NCBI GenBank assembly: GCA_045862955.1
Contig: BTVI01000054.1
Span: forward strand, 1 to 17,299
Reading direction: 5' to 3'
Source: Fimbriimonadales bacterium
GTDB taxonomy: Bacteria > Armatimonadota > Fimbriimonadia > Fimbriimonadales > JABRVX01
Length of the DNA: 17,299 nucleotides
Below, piece after piece: positions 15,032 through 17,299 of the stretch; within the stretch, counting starts at the first letter, position 1; each line of letters begins with the position of its first letter. The notes beneath the pieces are model-generated. The model was not told where the DNA came from. It ran no database searches and saw only the letters and a list, made by a program, of their open reading frames with translations. A program made the translations under genes and the position numbers.

Positions 15032-16359
15032 TCTCTCGCCTCCTCGTCACGATAAAGCCAACGCACGGTTTCGTCTTGCAGCCGTCTGGCTGCAGCCGTA
15101 TCGGCGTGGTTGACCACTATGCAGAACGCCGCCACCCGCCCCGACTTCGTCCAAACGTAGCCGCTGAGCGAGCTCGCACCGTCCATGGTCCCGGTCTTGG
15201 CGCGAACGCGGCCGGCCAGATCGGTGAGGCGCTTTGCTACCGTCCCTTCCTTGCCTGCGAGCGGGATCGACTCTCGGAAGGCTTCCCCCCAGGGCTGCCT
15301 CACGGCGTGATGTAGCAGCGCCACCATGCTCCGCGCGGTTAGCCGGTTCAACCGCGAAAGGCCCGAGCCGTCCACCACGCGAAACGTTCCGGGTTCCGGG
15401 CCGACGTTTCTCCCGAACGCTTCGACCGCCCGAGCCCCGGTGACGAAGGTGCCGGTGCCGGTTGCCGCGTAGCCAATCTCGAGGAACAGCATCTCCGCGA
15501 CGAAGTTATCGCTGGGTTTGTTGACAACTTGGACAATCTCGTACAGCGGCTTCCCCTCGTGCACGACCTCGGCCATACCGTTCGGCTTCGGGTTCACGGT
15601 GGGCACGCGGACAAGAGCCGACCGGAGCCAGTGCGTGGCCCATGCAGGCGGGTCGGCAATCGAGAGCGCCTGCACCGGCTTCTCGGCCAAGTGGTCGGCG
15701 GCGACTACACCGCGCACCACGTACTCGTCCCGCCACGGCTCGCGGGCAACCCGCAGCGGCCCATCACCCCCATCCACCCGTACCGACCCGAACTCGGGCA
15801 CCACGGTGGCAGTCGGGGGATCGCCGGATTGGACGAACACTTCCACCGTGTTCCGACTCACCGCGAGCGCCGAAAGAGTCGGCAGGTAGTAGTAGCCGAG
15901 GTCGTCGAGCTGCCAGCCGGGGGCGAACGCCTCGCCGCCGTACCGCGAGAGCTCGAGTGCGATGTCCAGTCCATCCGGCATCCCCGCTTCGCGGAGCCGC
16001 GCCACCATCGCTTCGAGGTCCGCGATGCCGAGAAGCGGATCGCCGCCCCCGACCGCGGTCAGCGTGCCTTTCCCAGCGGACCACTCTGCACGCAGCACGG
16101 TCCGGTGGCGGTACTCCGGCCCGAGCAGATCCAACGCGGCGGCCGTCGTCAGCAGCTTCATACCGGATGCCGGAACGAGCAGCAGATCCGGGTTGTGTGC
16201 AAGCAACGGCTGCCCGCCGGTTACATAGGCCGCGTAGACGCCGATGGTCGCGTGGCGCAGCCCCGGCTCCTGCGCGATCCGGGCGAGGCCGGGCGGCAGA
16301 TCGGCCCACGCCACGACCGCGAGCCCGACGAGCAAGCAAGCGAGAGGAAGACGCTGCAT
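14971..16359 (-). CDS. dacB: D-alanyl-D-alanine carboxypeptidase/endopeptidase (PBP4, peptidase S13)
   Basis: Signal peptide; PASGMKLLT (SxxK), GGGDP, KPSDNFVAE (SxN), DGSGLSRLN, KTGT, SLSGYV. Confidence 0.94.
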   Translation of the reverse strand: MQRLPLACLLVGLAVVAWADLPPGLARIAQEPGLRHATIGVYAAYVTGGQPLLAHNPDLLLVPASGMKLLTTAAALDLLGPEYRHRTVLRAEWSAGKGTLTAVGGGDPLLGIADLEAMVARLREAGMPDGLDIALELSRYGGEAFAPGWQLDDLGYYYLPTLSALAVSRNTVEVFVQSGDPPTATVVPEFGSVRVDGGDGPLRVAREPWRDEYVVRGVVAADHLAEKPVQALSIADPPAWATHWLRSALVRVPTVNPKPNGMAEVVHEGKPLYEIVQVVNKPSDNFVAEMLFLEIGYAATGTGTFVTGARAVEAFGRNVGPEPGTFRVVDGSGLSRLNRLTARSMVALLHHAVRQPWGEAFRESIPLAGKEGTVAKRLTDLAGRVRAKTGTMDGASSLSGYVWTKSGRVAAFCIVVNHADTAAARRLQDETVRWLYRDEEARDWFDKAAKHPTSRSKPSRVR

Positions 16360-16482
16360 GTCTTCCCGTTCTGTGCGAGCGCTATACTTCCCCCGTGAGC
16401 GTGGGTGTGATCTGGAACCGCGCGGCGCGGCGTGCTCGGTACTGCTGGCCTTCAGCGGGAGGCAAGCACCAGGTCTAGACGC

Positions 16483-17299
16483 CTAGTCCTTCACCTTGTC
16501 CTTCCAGTACTGGATTAGCTCTTCGGAAGGATAGCTGCCGGAGCCCAGTTTGTCCATGGTCCAGTCCTTGTCCGGCTCGCGGTAGATCATAGAGAGAATC
16601 CGGAGCGCCTCCAGCCTGACGCCCTCCCATTCGTGGTCGAGGAGCGCGGCGACCTGTTTCGCATACTTCTTGCCTTCGTCCGGCCGAAACGGGTTCATCA
16701 GCGCCTTCTGGACGATGAGTGGGTCCCGGTGCGAGTACAACGAGACTGCGGCTTCTCTCCCGTTGGGTAAAAGGCCCAGCCCGCCGACAATCTCGGCGAC
16801 GTGCTCGCGCAGTTTCTCCGATTTGCTCGTGTCCAGCGCGAGCACCACATCGGCGATCTGTTTCGCGGCATCGGGGTCTCCGTAGGTACCTGCAATCACG
16901 TGGCGCAGGATGATCTGTAGCTCGGTCGTCTTCGGCCCGGTCGGGGGTAGGTTGGGAGCTATCTCCTCTCGGTAGAACTTCAGGGGGTCAGGGCCGAACT
17001 GGTTTGCCACCTTCCGATCGCGATCGCTCACGTAGGGTCTGGAGAGCGAGTAGTCGAAGTTGGCCTCTGTGGGCCACAGGCTGACCCGGACCAGGCCGTG
17101 TTCCTCTGACAATCCGCGGTAATCGTCAACTGGAAGGCCTTCGGTTGCGCGCACCCATACGCGCATCATGTCTTTGCCGGGGGAGTCGTGCTTCAGCGGG
17201 AACTTCTCCGGCGCCGAGTCGGGGATGATGTAAGAGTGCCACCTCTCATGAAAATCCGTGACCGCATAGCGAACGCCCTCCGGTAGCCTTACGAAGTCG
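16483..17299 (-). CDS. Hypothetical protein with a C-terminal HEAT-like helical region, 5' end outside the window
   Basis: The frame of the 16483..17169 ORF stays open to the window edge (..DFVRLPEGVRYAVTDFHERWHSYIIPDSAPEKFPLKHDSPGKD-MMRV..); ALLDHEWEGVRLEALRILSMI resembles a HEAT repeat. Confidence 0.7.
   Translation of the reverse strand, partial: DFVRLPEGVRYAVTDFHERWHSYIIPDSAPEKFPLKHDSPGKDMMRVWVRATEGLPVDDYRGLSEEHGLVRVSLWPTEANFDYSLSRPYVSDRDRKVANQFGPDPLKFYREEIAPNLPPTGPKTTELQIILRHVIAGTYGDPDAAKQIADVVLALDTSKSEKLREHVAEIVGGLGLLPNGREAAVSLYSHRDPLIVQKALMNPFRPDEGKKYAKQVAALLDHEWEGVRLEALRILSMIYREPDKDWTMDKLGSGSYPSEELIQYWKDKVKD

Overview
GC-rich bacterial chromosomal window. The gene mix is compatible with Armatimonadota or a similar lineage, but that is a weak inference. 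Recognisable housekeeping genes are rpiB-glyA (-), murJ (+) and a dacB-bcp-mtnA-M48 peptidase run (-). There is also a PEP-CTERM sorting-signal protein, a secreted thioredoxin-fold protein lacking its first CxxC cysteine, and a 5'-truncated HEAT-like protein. The best candidate for an undescribed system is a tightly coupled six-gene membrane operon (10444->5873, -). It includes a DUF6754-like protein and a polytopic membrane protein carrying two tandem Wza-type polysaccharide-export N-terminal domains. The three large non-coding tracts (1-237, 4625-5872, 11786-12644) all lie downstream of genes. They are filled with a modular mosaic of REP-like palindromes: a 25-bp repeat, a CCCTCACCCC hairpin family, a ~75-nt hairpin, a 17-bp ladder and a 6x29-bp tandem array. 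No rRNA, tRNA, true CRISPR array or transposase was seen. Family assignments come from recalled motifs, not database searches.
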